From IMG/VR virus record IMGVR_UViG_3300035157_000972: a DNA stretch of 64,000 nt. One strand, written 5' to 3'. Source of the DNA: a virus. Position numbers and translations under genes: made by a program. The notes under the pieces were generated by a model that saw nothing but the letters and a program-made list of their open reading frames with translations, was not told where the DNA came from and made no database searches. The first letter of the stretch is position 1. Each line of letters opens with the position of its first letter. Below are positions 63,932 to 64,000 of the stretch, piece after piece.

Positions 63932-64000
63932 AATAGTAATTCAATCAATCACATGGATTCATTCACTAGACCAGAAAGAGATCTAAACAAAGAACTCTCA

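Noticed and set aside
1-64000. tRNA, rRNA, introns, inteins, integrase or transposase
   Set aside because: None recognised by eye; intergenic gaps are short and accounted for. A tRNAscan/Infernal run would confirm.
1-64000. Apparent enrichment of CCGG and scarcity of GCGC
   Set aside because: CCGG is partly a by-product of Pro-Gly recoding and may be near expectation; GCGC was not counted carefully enough to claim.

Overview
This is 64 kb of an AT-rich T4-like (myoviral) cyanophage genome; the low GC suggests a Prochlorococcus-type host, but that is inference. Left to right: (1) 1-22 kb, a replication/metabolism region (nrdC-type glutaredoxin, thyX, phoH, exonuclease, gp33, gp59, gp32) interrupted by two islands of sugar/small-molecule tailoring enzymes (glycosyltransferases, amidinotransferase, carbamoyltransferases, sulfotransferase-like protein, radical SAM enzymes, epimerase, DegT aminotransferase), plus a tandem glutamine riboswitch with a DUF4278 gene and an unannotated ndhP; (2) 22-52 kb, late structural genes (gp53, gp48, gp2, gp4, gp54-like, gp26, gp51, hub proteins, gp5, tail fibres) with CP12 embedded; (3) 52-54.5 kb, a minus-strand KdsB / SIS-HAD / Ugd operon; (4) 55-64 kb, an early-type region with a VWA-peptidase/CobS pair, a coupled endonuclease-methyltransferase pair and short acidic ORFs behind repeated promoter modules. 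The most striking signal is window-wide avoidance of three motifs: TTAA (none seen in the last ~9.7 kb), CCWGG (every Pro-Gly checked is written CCS-GGN) and RGCY. TTAA avoidance co-occurs with a phage-encoded restriction-modification pair that may target TTAA. Motif counts are by eye and family calls are by motif recognition; no searches were run.
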